Shown: positions 23,972 through 34,799 of the stretch, one piece after another
How the letters are laid out: each line of letters starts with the position of its first letter
Position numbering within the stretch: position 1 is the stretch's first letter
Assembly (NCBI GenBank): GCA_020161295.1
Contig: JAIUOA010000007.1
Coordinates: forward strand, 24,612-88,611
Reading direction: 5' to 3'
Source of the DNA: Bacillota bacterium
Lineage (GTDB): Bacteria > Bacillota > Clostridia > Peptostreptococcales > Acidaminobacteraceae
Length of the DNA: 64,000 bases
Position numbers and translations under genes: made by a program
The notes under the pieces: generated by a model
Seen by the model: the letters and a program-made list of their open reading frames with translations, nothing else
Databases searched by the model: none
Told to the model about the DNA's origin: nothing

Positions 23972-24371
23972 CCTCCTTTCTTCTAAAGATATTTCTGAAG
24001 TAATTCTTATCACCCATAAGGTTACTAATTAGGATGATAATCTTGATGATGACGAGGCCAAGGATTGTACCTAGTACATTTATATAAGGCGCCACAATGG
24101 AGACAAATAAAACCACTGCAGTCACGATATACCTTATAAAGTATTTGATGACGGTGAAGCTTTGAGCTTTCTCAGGCGGCATATGCACTGCCCTATTTAA
24201 TGTATTCGCAAGTTCGATAAAATTGAGCACACTTATGGCTGAGCCGAAAATCAATCCGAGGATAAATGCTTGTGGGTCTTTAAATAGGAAGAAACTTGCT
24301 GCGATGACGAAAAGATCGACGATGATTAGCGTTCTGATAATAAACGTTTGTGTCTGTTTGATGGTTGCCAT
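23952..24371 (-). CDS. atpI: ATP synthase protein I (AtpI)
   Basis: Small 4-TM protein upstream of atpB. I prefer the ATG at 24371 over the GTG at 24386. Confidence 0.7.
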   Translation of the reverse strand: MATIKQTQTFIIRTLIIVDLFVIAASFFLFKDPQAFILGLIFGSAISVLNFIELANTLNRAVHMPPEKAQSFTVIKYFIRYIVTAVVLFVSIVAPYINVLGTILGLVIIKIIILISNLMGDKNYFRNIFRRKEDESSGH

Positions 24372-24540
24372 TTTTACCGCCTTCACTTAATTGAAAATTG
24401 CATTTTCACAGTCATTGAAACCATTATATCACTTCTGTTAAAGTTTGTTAATTATTTATTAATATGCAGTAACATATAAATTTTATTATTCAGTTTTGGA
24501 CTCTTTGGAATATTCTGACTTTTAAATGCATAAATAATCA

Positions 24541-24882
24541 TCACTGGTCTATTCTATCATTTCTATGTTCATTATTACTGCCCTCGGTTTTCTGCTTCTC
24601 TTTTAAGCTTTTTTCAAACTTTTGAACATAACGACTAGGGGTCTCGACATCATCATACTCCTTCGCCTTCTGTTTGGATAGTACGTATAAATTTCTAAAT
24701 GCAGAACCCACTCCAAGCAGGATAAAAATAATAAGGAATATGCCATTGGTCTTCAGATAGCCATCGATAAAAGCACCGAGCAAAACACCACCTACGATAG
24801 GCACGAGCATCATAATCCCCACTTGAGAGATTAGCGCCAAGTTTTGCAATATGCTTTTACTGGACTTTCTCAAACCCGACAT
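24541..24882 (-). CDS. AtpZ/AtpR-like small membrane protein with charged C-terminal tail
   Basis: Two TM segments (QVGIMMLVPIVGGVLLGAFID..., IFLIIFILLGVGSAFRNLY) upstream of atpI. The RBS GAGGTGG lies 6 nt upstream. Confidence 0.6.
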   Translation of the reverse strand: MSGLRKSSKSILQNLALISQVGIMMLVPIVGGVLLGAFIDGYLKTNGIFLIIFILLGVGSAFRNLYVLSKQKAKEYDDVETPSRYVQKFEKSLKEKQKTEGSNNEHRNDRIDQ

Positions 24883-24968
24883 ATTCCCACCTCATTTGTT
24901 GATGCTAGAATAACAATACCTCTCATTATAGCATATTTTCACAAAGTTATGAAATATCTTTGTAACAT

Positions 24969-26087
24969 TTACTTCGAATTTCTCCAATTTTTTATGGCGT
25001 CCACGATTTGACCGCACGCCTTACCATCACCATATGGATTAACAGCTTCCGACATGCTTTTATAGGTGGCTTCATCACGAATAAGCTGCGAAGTGATGCG
25101 ATAAATCGCCTCAAATTCGACACCCGCAACCACGACAGTGCCTGCTTCTACTGCTTCTGGGCGTTCTGTCTCAGTTCTTAGCACCACCACTGGCTTACCC
25201 AGCGCAGGCGCTTCTTCCTGTATACCCCCTGAATCCGTCATAATCAGCGCACAGCGGTTTTGGAGGTTTGCAAACGATTCATACTCGAGCGGTTCAATCA
25301 CATGGATTCTATCATGACCACTCAGGTGCTTATCGGCGATTGCCCTTACAGCTGGGTTCATATGAATCGGGAATACCACTTCCACTTCCTCATGATCCTC
25401 AACAATCTTTCTCACTGCACCAAAGATATTTTCCATAGGCTCGCCTAGATTCTCTCTTCGGTGTGCCGTCATAAGAATTACTTTTCTGTTTTCGTAATCG
25501 ATGGTATTGAGTAGTGGGTTTTCGAAGGTATAGTCTTCGCGAATAACCGTCATAAGTGCGTCGATTACCGTATTGCCCGTCTTAACAATCGACTGTACAT
25601 TAATACCCTCTTTTTTAAGATTCTCAACATTTCCTTCAGTAGCGGCAAAGTGAAGTGCCGAAAGCTGAGAAGTCAGCCTTCTATTCATCTCTTCGGGATA
25701 TGGGCTGTATGGATTTCCGCTTCTTAAGCCTGCTTCCACATGTCCAACTGGAATCATCTGATAGAATGCAGCGATGGCACCTGCAAAAGTCGTCGATGTA
25801 TCGCCATGTACAAGGACGATATCTGGCTTCTCTTCCTTCAATACCGATTCTACGCCTAAGATGACACGCGATGTTATCTCACTGATGGTTTGCCCTGCCT
25901 TCATGATGTTTAAGTCATGCTTTGGTTTAATATCAAACAAATCGAGCACTTGGTCTAACATTTGACGGTGCTGAGCTGTAACGCACACCACAGACTGTAT
26001 TTCTGGATCCGCCTCAAGTGCTTTCACGAGCGGCGCCATTTTAATCGCTTCAGGTCTTGTTCCGAATAAAGTCATGACTTTAATCAT
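24969..26087 (-). CDS. mnaA: UDP-N-acetylglucosamine 2-epimerase (non-hydrolysing)
   Basis: Contains VMTLFGTRPEAIKMAP, HVEAGLRS and DSGGIQEEAP. The ATG at 26087 has GGAGG 5 nt upstream. Confidence 0.9.
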   Translation of the reverse strand: MIKVMTLFGTRPEAIKMAPLVKALEADPEIQSVVCVTAQHRQMLDQVLDLFDIKPKHDLNIMKAGQTISEITSRVILGVESVLKEEKPDIVLVHGDTSTTFAGAIAAFYQMIPVGHVEAGLRSGNPYSPYPEEMNRRLTSQLSALHFAATEGNVENLKKEGINVQSIVKTGNTVIDALMTVIREDYTFENPLLNTIDYENRKVILMTAHRRENLGEPMENIFGAVRKIVEDHEEVEVVFPIHMNPAVRAIADKHLSGHDRIHVIEPLEYESFANLQNRCALIMTDSGGIQEEAPALGKPVVVLRTETERPEAVEAGTVVVAGVEFEAIYRITSQLIRDEATYKSMSEAVNPYGDGKACGQIVDAIKNWRNSK

Positions 26088-26114
26088 AAATTCCTCCATA
26101 ACCAATCATATTTT

Positions 26115-26144
26115 AAAAAAAGCCTTCGATTTATCGAAGGCTTT
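26115..26144 (-). terminator. Terminator after tagO
   Basis: Hairpin AGCCTTCGAT/ATCGAAGGCT followed by T7 on the minus strand. Confidence 0.65.
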
Positions 26145-26169
26145 AGTAATTCATAGGTTTCCGACGATG

Positions 26170-27192
26170 TTAGTGGTCTTTCTTTTGAAGCAAAAGTGCA
26201 CGATTGATGGGGATAAACACGACAATCGCCGCTAATCCTAACAAGACACCCGCGTGAAGCCAGTTTTGCTTTAAAAGTGCAATTGCGCCAGCGCCTAGTA
26301 ACGCGCTGATCAAATACATCGACAAGACGGTTTTTTTCTGCCCCAAACCGATAGACATCAATCGGTGATGCAGATGGCCTTTATCCGCTTCCATAATGGG
26401 CCGCTTGTTGATCAACCTTCTTAGAATCGCAAATGCCGTGTCAAAAATCGGAACACCAAGCGCTAAAATCGGCACAACCACCGTAATGGCTGTCGCGCCT
26501 TTCAGTGCTCCCTCAACGGATACTGCCGCTAGGACGAGACCTAAGAATAACGCACCTGTATCCCCCATAAAAATTTTAGCAGGATTAAAGTTGTACGGTA
26601 AAAATCCGATTGAGCTTCCTGCGAGGATCAAGGTGATCATGGCGGCATCGTATCGGTGATTTAAAATGGCGATATAGCTTAGTGTTACAGCTGCTATGGC
26701 AGAAATTCCCGCCGCAAGCCCATCAAGTCCATCGATGAGGTTAACAGTGTTGGTAACCCCCACGATCCAGATAACAGTGATGGGAAGTGCTGCCCAATTG
26801 CTCACTTGAATAACACCGGAATCTCCGAAGAAATCGGTGAAGTAGTTGATCTTGTATCCTGAAAACACCAGTACCAAAGCCGCTACGATTTGCATTAACA
26901 GTTTGATCTTAGCGCCAAGCGGCTTAATGTCGTCTATCATTCCTGTGACGAGTACGATTAGTGATGCGATAAATAATCCGACGAGCTTGACTGTCGAAAT
27001 ATTGGAAAATAAGAACATACTTACAAAGAAGCCTGTAAATATCGCGATACCTCCCCAGAGGCACATCGGTGTCTTATGCATTCTTCGATCGTCTTTAGGG
27101 ATATCGACTGCGCCAAAACGCCGCGCAATCCTAATCACAAACGGCGTCATTATGAAACTAATCAAACCTGCGATGATGGCTGGTATATACAT
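26170..27192 (-). CDS. tagO: Undecaprenyl-phosphate GlcNAc-1-phosphate transferase (MraY/WecA family)
   Basis: Polytopic membrane protein containing NLIDGLDGLA and MGDTGALFLG. Confidence 0.85.
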   Translation of the reverse strand: MYIPAIIAGLISFIMTPFVIRIARRFGAVDIPKDDRRMHKTPMCLWGGIAIFTGFFVSMFLFSNISTVKLVGLFIASLIVLVTGMIDDIKPLGAKIKLLMQIVAALVLVFSGYKINYFTDFFGDSGVIQVSNWAALPITVIWIVGVTNTVNLIDGLDGLAAGISAIAAVTLSYIAILNHRYDAAMITLILAGSSIGFLPYNFNPAKIFMGDTGALFLGLVLAAVSVEGALKGATAITVVVPILALGVPIFDTAFAILRRLINKRPIMEADKGHLHHRLMSIGLGQKKTVLSMYLISALLGAGAIALLKQNWLHAGVLLGLAAIVVFIPINRALLLQKKDH

Positions 27193-27206
27193 TTAGCACC
27201 TCAAAA

Positions 27207-27836
27207 CTATTTTGTTCCGAACAAACGGTCTCCTGCATCGCCCAAACCAGGTACGATATAAGCATGGTCGTTTAATTTCTCATCGATGGCTGCGATATAG
27301 ATATCCACATCAGGATGCGCCTTTTGAAGCGCGGCGATTCCCTCTGGACATCCGATCAGGCAGACAAATCTGATGCTGGTAGCACCACGGTCTTTTAAGA
27401 ACTGAACCGCAGCAGATGCTGATCCACCAGTAGCAAGCATCGGATCGACGACGATCAAATCCCTTTCATTGATATCTGTTGGAAGTTTGCAGTAGTATTC
27501 AACTGGCTCGAGCGTTTCTGGATCTCTATATAAGCCGACATGACCAACTTTTGCAGCTGGTAAAAGATTTAAGAATCCGTCTACCATGCCGAGGCCAGCT
27601 CTGAGGATTGGAACGATACCGAGTTTTCTACCTGCAAGCATTTTCGTTTTTGCTTTACAAATCGGCGTTTCGATTTCAACTTCTTCAAGTGGCAAATCAC
27701 GTGTTACTTCGAAGCATAAAAGCATCGATACTTCTTTTACTAACTCTCTAAACTCCTTTGAACCTGTATCTTTGTCTCTGATTAAACTCAACTTGTGTTG
27801 AATGAGCGGATGATTCATTTCATATACTTTACTCAT
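27207..27836 (-). CDS. upp: Uracil phosphoribosyltransferase
   Basis: Contains HPLIQHKL, the PRPP loop [11 protein letters not shown] and [12 protein letters not shown]. Confidence 0.95.
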   Translation of the reverse strand: MSKVYEMNHPLIQHKLSLIRDKDTGSKEFRELVKEVSMLLCFEVTRDLPLEEVEIETPICKAKTKMLAGRKLGIVPILRAGLGMVDGFLNLLPAAKVGHVGLYRDPETLEPVEYYCKLPTDINERDLIVVDPMLATGGSASAAVQFLKDRGATSIRFVCLIGCPEGIAALQKAHPDVDIYIAAIDEKLNDHAYIVPGLGDAGDRLFGTK

Positions 27837-27847
27837 AGCTGCACCCC

Positions 27848-28294
27848 TTATAGATAGTTTTCTTCGATAGTTCTGATTTTATCCACACGTCCTGCATGAC
27901 GGCCACCTTCAAATGATGCGCCGAAGAATTCGTCGATGATTTTAAGCGCAAGACCCTCTCCAACCACACGCTCGCCAAGGGCGATGATGTTTGCGTTATT
28001 GTGTCTTCGAGCCATTTCTGCACTAAACGTGTCGCTGACAGGTGCAGCGATGATGCCTTTAACTTTGTTGGCTGCGATGGATATGCCAAGCCCCGTCCCA
28101 CATACTAAAACGCCTAACTCACAATCTCCTGATGTGATGGCATTTGCAACTCTGAGTGCATAATCCGGATAATCCACGGATTCCTTGCTCTCACAGCCAA
28201 AATCTACAACCTCATAGCCTTTCTCGATCAAATGCGCCTTAATGACAAGTCTTAGATTAAATCCGCCATGGTCTGAGCCCATTGCAATTCTCAT
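27848..28294 (-). CDS. rpiB: Ribose-5-phosphate isomerase B
   Basis: Contains IAMGSDHGG and [16 protein letters not shown]. 148 aa. Confidence 0.9.
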   Translation of the reverse strand: MRIAMGSDHGGFNLRLVIKAHLIEKGYEVVDFGCESKESVDYPDYALRVANAITSGDCELGVLVCGTGLGISIAANKVKGIIAAPVSDTFSAEMARRHNNANIIALGERVVGEGLALKIIDEFFGASFEGGRHAGRVDKIRTIEENYL

Positions 28295-28359
28295 TTCAGC
28301 CTCCTCTATTTAGTTTAAAATCCTTATCCATTATAAGATTTGTAGCCCTAAAAAGCAAA

Positions 28360-29469
28360 TTAAATTCTCGTTACTTTGCCTTCCGAAGCCTTCTTTAACC
28401 GGTTCATGATGGCGCCACCAATCCCCATTTCTTCCACCCCTCTGACCAAAATGACGTCGCATCCGCGTTCATCAAAGTCCCTCAGCGCCTCAAAAAGGAC
28501 TTTCCCGTACACCGAAAGGTCCTTCGCACTCCCCGCGGAAATGAACACCACACGATCCACTAACAGGGCATCCGTTTTGATTAATCGCGTCAGTACCTCG
28601 AGGTCCTCACTAAATGTCAGGATGCCCACTTTTCCAGCCCCCTCCATCACCAGCCTGTGTGCTTCGGCATCAAAGGTTCTAATCACATCTGTTGTTGTGC
28701 CAATATAAACCTGCACATGTGCGTCCGGCGCATAGTGACGGTACTTCATGCCAGGGGATTTTGCCGCTCCTGAAACATCGATGGTCGCCCCTGTGATGGC
28801 TGGATCGACCTCGCAGATTCCCACAACCGCCGCGATTTCCTCCTGAGTCACTTTACCAGGTCTTAATATGACAGGAACATCGCCAGTAACATCTAAGACT
28901 GTGGATTCTAACCCCACTTCTGTGTTGCCACCTGCAACGATGCAATTCACACGTCCAGCTAGGTCTTCTATGACATGTGCCGCCGTCGTCGGGCTTGGTT
29001 TGCCGGACAAATTTGCTGAAGGTGCAGCGATAGGTTTCCCCGAGAGGGCGATGAGTGTCTGTGCCACTGCGTGGTCCGGCATGCGAACCGCGACGGTATT
29101 TAAACCACCCGTCACTTTCATAGGCACCGCAGAAGTCTTTTTCAAGACAAAAGTAATCGGTCCCGGCCAGAAGGCGGCCATGAGGTCCTTCGCATAAGGC
29201 TTCACCTCTTCAGCAAGTAGCGCCAACATGTCGAGCGAAGCGATGTGCACGATTAGCGGGTTGTCGGATGGGCGACCCTTCGCGCGATAAATCTGATCGA
29301 TGGCTTCATCAGAAAGGGCATTTGCACCGAGTCCGTAAACCGTTTCAGTGGGAAATGCCACTGTTTTATCCGCTGCAAGTAGTGCAGCGGCAGGCTTAAG
29401 GATTTCAGCCAGTGCCTCAGTTGTCATGCTTTCATCGCTTATGGTGATAATTTTCGTCGATAAGTTCAT
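28360..29469 (-). CDS. tsaC: L-threonylcarbamoyladenylate synthase (Sua5/YwlC type, with C-terminal Sua5 domain)
   Basis: Contains FPTETVYGLGANAL, KGRPSDNPLIVH and SANLSGKPSPT. Confidence 0.88.
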   Translation of the reverse strand: MNLSTKIITISDESMTTEALAEILKPAAALLAADKTVAFPTETVYGLGANALSDEAIDQIYRAKGRPSDNPLIVHIASLDMLALLAEEVKPYAKDLMAAFWPGPITFVLKKTSAVPMKVTGGLNTVAVRMPDHAVAQTLIALSGKPIAAPSANLSGKPSPTTAAHVIEDLAGRVNCIVAGGNTEVGLESTVLDVTGDVPVILRPGKVTQEEIAAVVGICEVDPAITGATIDVSGAAKSPGMKYRHYAPDAHVQVYIGTTTDVIRTFDAEAHRLVMEGAGKVGILTFSEDLEVLTRLIKTDALLVDRVVFISAGSAKDLSVYGKVLFEALRDFDERGCDVILVRGVEEMGIGGAIMNRLKKASEGKVTRI

Positions 29470-29490
29470 AGGCGTTTATTCTCCTCTATT

Positions 29491-29534
29491 CAAAACAAGA
29501 GCCCCATGCGGACATTACGTCTGACTAGGGCTCT
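29491..29534 (-). terminator. Possible terminator after the antiporter gene
   Basis: AGAGCCC...GGGCTCT hairpin followed by TGTTTTG on the minus strand. The U-tract is weak. Confidence 0.4.
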
Positions 29535-29547
29535 GCTGTCATTTCTA

Positions 29548-30714
29548 TCATATACGTTCATTTACTAGCATTTCACGGTTAAAGCTCCACTTGAGGATCA
29601 TCGGTGTCATCAAGGTCGTCACAAGCACCATCAGGACAGTTGCTGCCATATCCGCTTCAGATAAGATGGTCATTTGCAGACCCAGATTAGCGACGATAAT
29701 GGCCACCTCAGCTCGGGGAATCATACCTATGCCGATTTGTAACGACTGCTCCGGATTAAAGCCTGATACACGCGCGCCAAATCCACAGCCGATGACCTTA
29801 CCGATGGAACCGAAGATGATAAGCATGGAACCGACACCTACCGCTTGAAGGGCAGCGATCAAGTCGATGTCCATACCGATGGATACGAAAAAGATCGGTG
29901 TGAAGACCAGCTCTGAAAGTCGGCCCATCTCGTGTGACACACGATGCTTGTACCCTGTCATGGAAAATATGATACCCGCGAAATAAGCACCCGTAATGGC
30001 TGCTACGCCAAACGCTTCCGAAACAAACGCTAACATAAGACAAATAATCAATGCAAACGAAATCACTGCTTCATCAATGTCGGCCTTATCCGAAAAATGG
30101 CGAATGCCTTTCAGAATCAGCCAACCAGCGATAAAGATGACGGCCGATAAAGCGGCAAGGTCAAACACAACTCTTTCAACACTATGTGACATCCCTGGTC
30201 TGACGATTCCGATGAGAAGTGTCAGTAGCACGATGCCGATCACGTCATCGATAATAGCCGCGCCTAAAATCATGATGCCCTGCCTCGATTTCAGCTTTCC
30301 AATCTCACGAAGGGTTTGAACGGAAATGCTTACAGAAGTGGCCGTAGTGACAATGCCGAGGAAGATTGCAGACGATTGATCGTGCCCCGGAAAAAACAAC
30401 ATGATGCTGATGAAAACCAAAACTGCAGGAAGGATAACTCCACCTGTCGCGATAAGGGAAGACGAACGCACGGAGCGCCTGAGTTCGTCCACATCGGTTT
30501 CCAGACCAGCGATAAACATCAGTAATATAACGCCGATTTGGGCGAAGACTTCTATCAGCTCTGTCTTTTCCATAATGCCGATGCCGAGTATGATGCCTGC
30601 GATAATTTGGCCGAGTACCACTGGCTGTTTGAGCTTAGAGCTTAACATCCCTGCTAAATGGGCCACCGCCAGAATGATGGCTATCTCGAGTATGAATAAA
30701 TAACTAGACTCCAT
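29548..30714 (-). CDS. Cation:proton antiporter (CPA2/NapA-KefB-like, no KTN domain)
   Basis: About 12 TM segments with ...LLMFIAGLETD... I chose the ATG at 30714 because of the G-rich RBS; the track start is a GTG at 30726. Confidence 0.8.
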   Translation of the reverse strand: MESSYLFILEIAIILAVAHLAGMLSSKLKQPVVLGQIIAGIILGIGIMEKTELIEVFAQIGVILLMFIAGLETDVDELRRSVRSSSLIATGGVILPAVLVFISIMLFFPGHDQSSAIFLGIVTTATSVSISVQTLREIGKLKSRQGIMILGAAIIDDVIGIVLLTLLIGIVRPGMSHSVERVVFDLAALSAVIFIAGWLILKGIRHFSDKADIDEAVISFALIICLMLAFVSEAFGVAAITGAYFAGIIFSMTGYKHRVSHEMGRLSELVFTPIFFVSIGMDIDLIAALQAVGVGSMLIIFGSIGKVIGCGFGARVSGFNPEQSLQIGIGMIPRAEVAIIVANLGLQMTILSEADMAATVLMVLVTTLMTPMILKWSFNREMLVNERI

Positions 30715-30749
30715 ATTTCCCCCCACGGCTATGGACTATTTACTGATTC

Positions 30750-30778
30750 AGTATACTCCCGACTTCGCCATTTCTCAA
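30750..30778 (-). promoter_or_regulatory. Sigma-A-type promoter for the antiporter gene
   Basis: TTGAGA-17 nt-TATACT, directly after the prfA stop. Confidence 0.45.
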
Positions 30779-30785
30779 GCGCTTT

Positions 30786-31859
30786 TTAAACTTCGTCTAA
30801 CGCTTTTAATGCCTCTGTTTGGAAGAAGGTCGTGAGCTCATCGATCATCTCGTCGATTTCGCCATCCATATAACTATCCATTTTGTAAAGGGTTATCGGA
30901 ATGCGGTGATCGGTGATTCTCGCCTGCGGGAAGTTATAGGTTCTGATTTTTGCACTTCTGTCACCCGTACCAACCTGACTTCTTCTTTGCTCTGCAATTT
31001 GCTCGTTTTGCTTGTTGAGCTCAATCTCATATAAACGGGCTTTAAGCACTTGCATGGCTTTCTCTTTATTTGACAACTGTGATTTACCGTCTTGGCATGA
31101 AACCACGAGACCAGTAGGTAAATGCGTGATACGTACCGCTGAGTCTGTGGTGTTAACGCTCTGACCGCCGTTTCCAGACGATCTGAAAACGTCGATTCTC
31201 AAATCATTTTGCTTAATTTCGACCTCGACATCATCTACTTCAGGCAGTACCGCCACTGTGGCAGTAGACGTGTGGATTCTGCCACCAGATTCCGTTTGAG
31301 GAATCCTCTGAACGCGATGGGTACCGCTCTCATATTTAAGCTTTGAATACGCGCCTTGTCCTCTAATCAACACAGAGGCTTCCTTGATGCCACCGACACC
31401 TGTTTCATTCGTGTTGAGGACTTCCACTTTCCAGCGCTTGCGCTCTGCATAACGCATATAGAGTCTGAGAAGCTCCGAAGCGAATAATCCCGCTTCATCA
31501 CCGCCTGCACCCGCTCGAACTTCGAGGATGACATCGCGCTCATCGTTAGGGTCCTTTGGTAATAAAAGCTTCTTCACTTCCATTTCCAGTGTTTCTACTT
31601 GACCTTCCAATTCTGAAAGCTCCATTTTCGCTAGCTCACGCATTTCCTCGTCATCACTTTCGTAGATGATTTCCTTTGCGTCTTCGATCCCTTTCGTTAC
31701 TGCTTTGTACTCTCTGTACTTAGCAACGATGACCGAGAGCTCCGAATGCTCCTTCATCAGTCTTTGCCAGAGTTTTTGATCACCGATTACTTCGGGGTCC
31801 GACAATTTAAGGCTGAGCTCTTCATATTTTTCCTCTGTAAATTGCAACCTATCAAACAT
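30786..31859 (-). CDS. prfA: Peptide chain release factor 1
   Basis: Contains the PQT tripeptide ([10 protein letters not shown]) and the GGQ motif ([11 protein letters not shown]). Confidence 0.97.
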   Translation of the reverse strand: MFDRLQFTEEKYEELSLKLSDPEVIGDQKLWQRLMKEHSELSVIVAKYREYKAVTKGIEDAKEIIYESDDEEMRELAKMELSELEGQVETLEMEVKKLLLPKDPNDERDVILEVRAGAGGDEAGLFASELLRLYMRYAERKRWKVEVLNTNETGVGGIKEASVLIRGQGAYSKLKYESGTHRVQRIPQTESGGRIHTSTATVAVLPEVDDVEVEIKQNDLRIDVFRSSGNGGQSVNTTDSAVRITHLPTGLVVSCQDGKSQLSNKEKAMQVLKARLYEIELNKQNEQIAEQRRSQVGTGDRSAKIRTYNFPQARITDHRIPITLYKMDSYMDGEIDEMIDELTTFFQTEALKALDEV

Positions 31860-32745
31860 GGTTTCTTTGACCTCCAGTCAATGCCTTTCTTCCATATATA
31901 AAGCGTGGAATGCCGTTCAAATCTTCAAAATGTCCGACTTCCGTATAATCATTTCTTATTAAAAGCGATTCGATGGCTTCCCATTGGTCGTGTCCCGCTT
32001 CGAAGACGAGAAGTCCTCCCTCTGCAAGGTAAACCTGCGCCTCGGGAATCATCCGGCGATAAAGATCTAAACCATCTTCTCCACCGAATAGCGCTTGTGA
32101 TGGTTCATTAAGGTGTACCTCTGGTTCCAATTTTTCCTTATCACTCAAGGGAATGTAAGGCGGATTTGAGACGATGATGTCGTACAGCTCACGAGGAATC
32201 TCGTTAAACAAATCACTGTGATACCAAGTAATTCGATGATCAACGCCATGCCTGAAAGCATTGGATTTGGCCACATGAAGTGCGGCTTCTGAAATATCAC
32301 TACCCGAAAACATAACATCTGGGAGTGATTTAGCCAGTGCAACGACGATGGCACCACTACCGACCCCTATATCGAGAATCTTAAGCGTTTGGTGCTGATG
32401 ACCACTTGACGACTGCATGGCCTCCACCCATTTGATGATGGTTGATACCAATACTTCTGTCTCTGGTCTCGGAATCAGCACCTGATCGTTTACCTCGAAA
32501 TCCAAACCGTAAAAGGCCTGTACTCCCAGCAAGTACTGCAGCGGAACACGCTCAAGTCGTTTTTGGATCAAGGACTCAAGTACTTGGATCCGATCGGCAT
32601 CCACTTGCTGCCTTCCTTCGATGATAAGGTCGATTGGCTGGCAGTTTAGAACATGGCAGACTAAAGCCTTTGCTTCCACCTGATAAGAAGGTGAAATCGT
32701 CATTAGTTCTTTTTCAGTACTTCGAAGTATCTCGATTCGATTCAT
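31852..32745 (-). CDS. prmC: Release-factor glutamine N5-methyltransferase
   Basis: Contains DIGVGSGAI and NPPY. I chose the ATG at 32745 (MNRIEIL...). Confidence 0.9.
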   Translation of the reverse strand: MNRIEILRSTEKELMTISPSYQVEAKALVCHVLNCQPIDLIIEGRQQVDADRIQVLESLIQKRLERVPLQYLLGVQAFYGLDFEVNDQVLIPRPETEVLVSTIIKWVEAMQSSSGHQHQTLKILDIGVGSGAIVVALAKSLPDVMFSGSDISEAALHVAKSNAFRHGVDHRITWYHSDLFNEIPRELYDIIVSNPPYIPLSDKEKLEPEVHLNEPSQALFGGEDGLDLYRRMIPEAQVYLAEGGLLVFEAGHDQWEAIESLLIRNDYTEVGHFEDLNGIPRFIYGRKALTGGQRNHV

Positions 32746-32753
32746 AACACCTC

Positions 32754-33698
32754 TTAAAAACAAGCTGAACTCGGGTCCTTCTCATCTAAAACGCTTTTAA
32801 ACGCGATAATCGCCACTTCAAGCTGACGATCGTCCGGTTCATTGGTCGTGATTTTTTGCATCATGAGTCCTGGCCAGCTAAGTGCCCTCACCAGCGGGTG
32901 GTTTGATTTACCCGCCAAACGAATCATTTCGTAAGAGAGGCCTGTAACCACCGGGAATAATACGAGTTTAGTCGCGAGACGCGTTACCACATTGTCCCAG
33001 CTGATAAACGTAAACACTAAAATACTGATCATGAGGACGAAAAAGATGAAACTCGTGCCACATCGTGGATGGAGTGTCGTGAATTTTCGCGCATTTTCAA
33101 CGGTTACTTCCTGGCCACTTTCGTAGCAATGGATCGTTTTATGCTCTGCACCATGGTATTGGAAAACGCGTTTAATGTCTTTCATTTGTGAAATCATCAG
33201 AATATAGACGATGAAAATGACGATTTTCATCACCCCTTCTATCGCGCTAAGGATCAGTTGACTTTCAATAACCGTTCTTAAAAAACTCACAAGTGCAGTG
33301 GGAACTGCTCCAAACAATACCATGGCAAAGACGAACGCAAAGACGATAGAAAACGCTAAAATAACGTCATCCGCTTTCTTACCCAATTTTGCATAAAGCC
33401 ATGTTTCGAACTTACCCTTCTCTTCCGTGCCATCGCCCTCTACGAAAAATTCTGCAGAATAGGTCAGTGCACGAACGCCGACGATCATAGATGAAATGAG
33501 CGCGACAATTCCGCGTATAATGGGAAGTTTAAAAAACTTGATGTCTTTTTTCTTTTTAATATCTTCTACTTTTAGTGTAATTTCACCATCTGGCTTGCGT
33601 ACGGCGATGGATATTTTATCCTTACCGCGCATCATTACCCCTTCAATCAGTGCTTGTCCACCGATGGAGTTCGGTCTTTCTGGTTTGTACTCGCTCAT
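32754..33698 (-). CDS. DUF1385 (YqhQ-like) membrane protein
   Basis: Contains GGQALIEGVMMRG, HGAEHK and HPRCGTSF. It occupies the conserved position upstream of prmC in Clostridia. Confidence 0.75.
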   Translation of the reverse strand: MSEYKPERPNSIGGQALIEGVMMRGKDKISIAVRKPDGEITLKVEDIKKKKDIKFFKLPIIRGIVALISSMIVGVRALTYSAEFFVEGDGTEEKGKFETWLYAKLGKKADDVILAFSIVFAFVFAMVLFGAVPTALVSFLRTVIESQLILSAIEGVMKIVIFIVYILMISQMKDIKRVFQYHGAEHKTIHCYESGQEVTVENARKFTTLHPRCGTSFIFFVLMISILVFTFISWDNVVTRLATKLVLFPVVTGLSYEMIRLAGKSNHPLVRALSWPGLMMQKITTNEPDDRQLEVAIIAFKSVLDEKDPSSACF

Positions 33699-34291
33699 GC
33701 ATTCACCTTCGCTTCTTTATAATCGAAATAGCAGTTCGCGCATAGCGACTCGTATTCCACATGGTTTTCACCGTCGATGGCCACTTGAGCGCCTTCAAAG
33801 ACAAACTCTCCATTTATTTTTCTACCGTTCAATATCGCTTTTCGGCCACAGCGGCAAATGGTTTTCAGCTCCTCTAAACTATGCGCTAATAAGAGAAGTC
33901 GCTCCGAGCCCTCAAATCCCCTCATGGAAAAATCGGTTCTAAGACCGTAACAAATGACGGGAACATTTCCTTTTACCGCGATTTCGAATAATTGATCAAT
34001 TTGTGCCGCTTTTAAAAACTGGACCTCATCCACGAGTATACACTGTACGGCACCATTTTTCTCCATCCAACGCTTGACCGCATCGATGACATTTTCATCA
34101 GTTTTAACTAATAGGTCGACGGTTTTAGTGATGCCTAATCTAGAGACCACTTGGTCGCCGCCTTTGGTATCCGTATAAGGCTTTATGATCATCGCCTGCA
34201 TGCCGCGCTCTTCATAATTGTGCATAACCTGCATCAGAGCCGTTGATTTTCCACAATTCATGGCGCCATATCTAAAATAGAGTTTCGACAT
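33695..34291 (-). CDS. tdk: Thymidine kinase
   Basis: P-loop GAMNCGKST, VDEVQF and a C-terminal Zn-ribbon with Cys pairs. Confidence 0.93.
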   Translation of the reverse strand: MSKLYFRYGAMNCGKSTALMQVMHNYEERGMQAMIIKPYTDTKGGDQVVSRLGITKTVDLLVKTDENVIDAVKRWMEKNGAVQCILVDEVQFLKAAQIDQLFEIAVKGNVPVICYGLRTDFSMRGFEGSERLLLLAHSLEELKTICRCGRKAILNGRKINGEFVFEGAQVAIDGENHVEYESLCANCYFDYKEAKVNA

Positions 34292-34352
34292 CGTTTTCTC
34301 CTAAAAACAAAAAAGGCTAGGACAATCCCATCCTAACCCAATGACCAGCAAC

Positions 34353-34553
34353 TTATTTAAGATTGTATTTTTCTTTGAATTTCTCAGCTCTACCGCCACG
34401 CTCCACGTTTTTAACTGTGCCCGTGAAGAATGGATGACACTCAGAACAAATCTCGATTCTAATTTCGCCCTTCGTAGAACCTGTCTTAAAGTTATTGCCA
34501 CATGCGCAATGCACGTCTACTTGTTTGTAATCTGGATGAATGGATTGTTTCAT
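34353..34553 (-). CDS. rpmE: 50S ribosomal protein L31 (Zn-ribbon form)
   Basis: MKQSIHPDY...CACG...[10 protein letters not shown]. The ATG at 34553 has GAGGTG 7 nt upstream. Confidence 0.93.
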   Translation of the reverse strand: MKQSIHPDYKQVDVHCACGNNFKTGSTKGEIRIEICSECHPFFTGTVKNVERGGRAEKFKEKYNLK

Positions 34554-34799
34554 GTTGTTCACCTCTCTCCTTAACTTATTTATATCAAATAACGATAATC
34601 AAATTTCAAGCCTTATCATTGTAACACAACCCGCCAAAAACATCAATGACAATTTGTTAATATTTTCTTACAACCTAAAGATAACGCTCCTAAAGCTGTG
34701 CGTTTTATGATATCATTTATTAGACTGCGAAGTAGAAAAAAATCTGCTTCATACGTTTATGTTAGCACATTTTACTAGATCAATCAAATGGTGGTTCTC

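Noticed and set aside
23952-24013. The overlap of the atpI 3' end with the long atpB ORF looked like a possible frameshift or fusion.
   Set aside because: The two reading frames differ and each is intact. The overlap disappears or shrinks to about 20 nt once the internal ATG at 23971 is used, which is ordinary operon packing.
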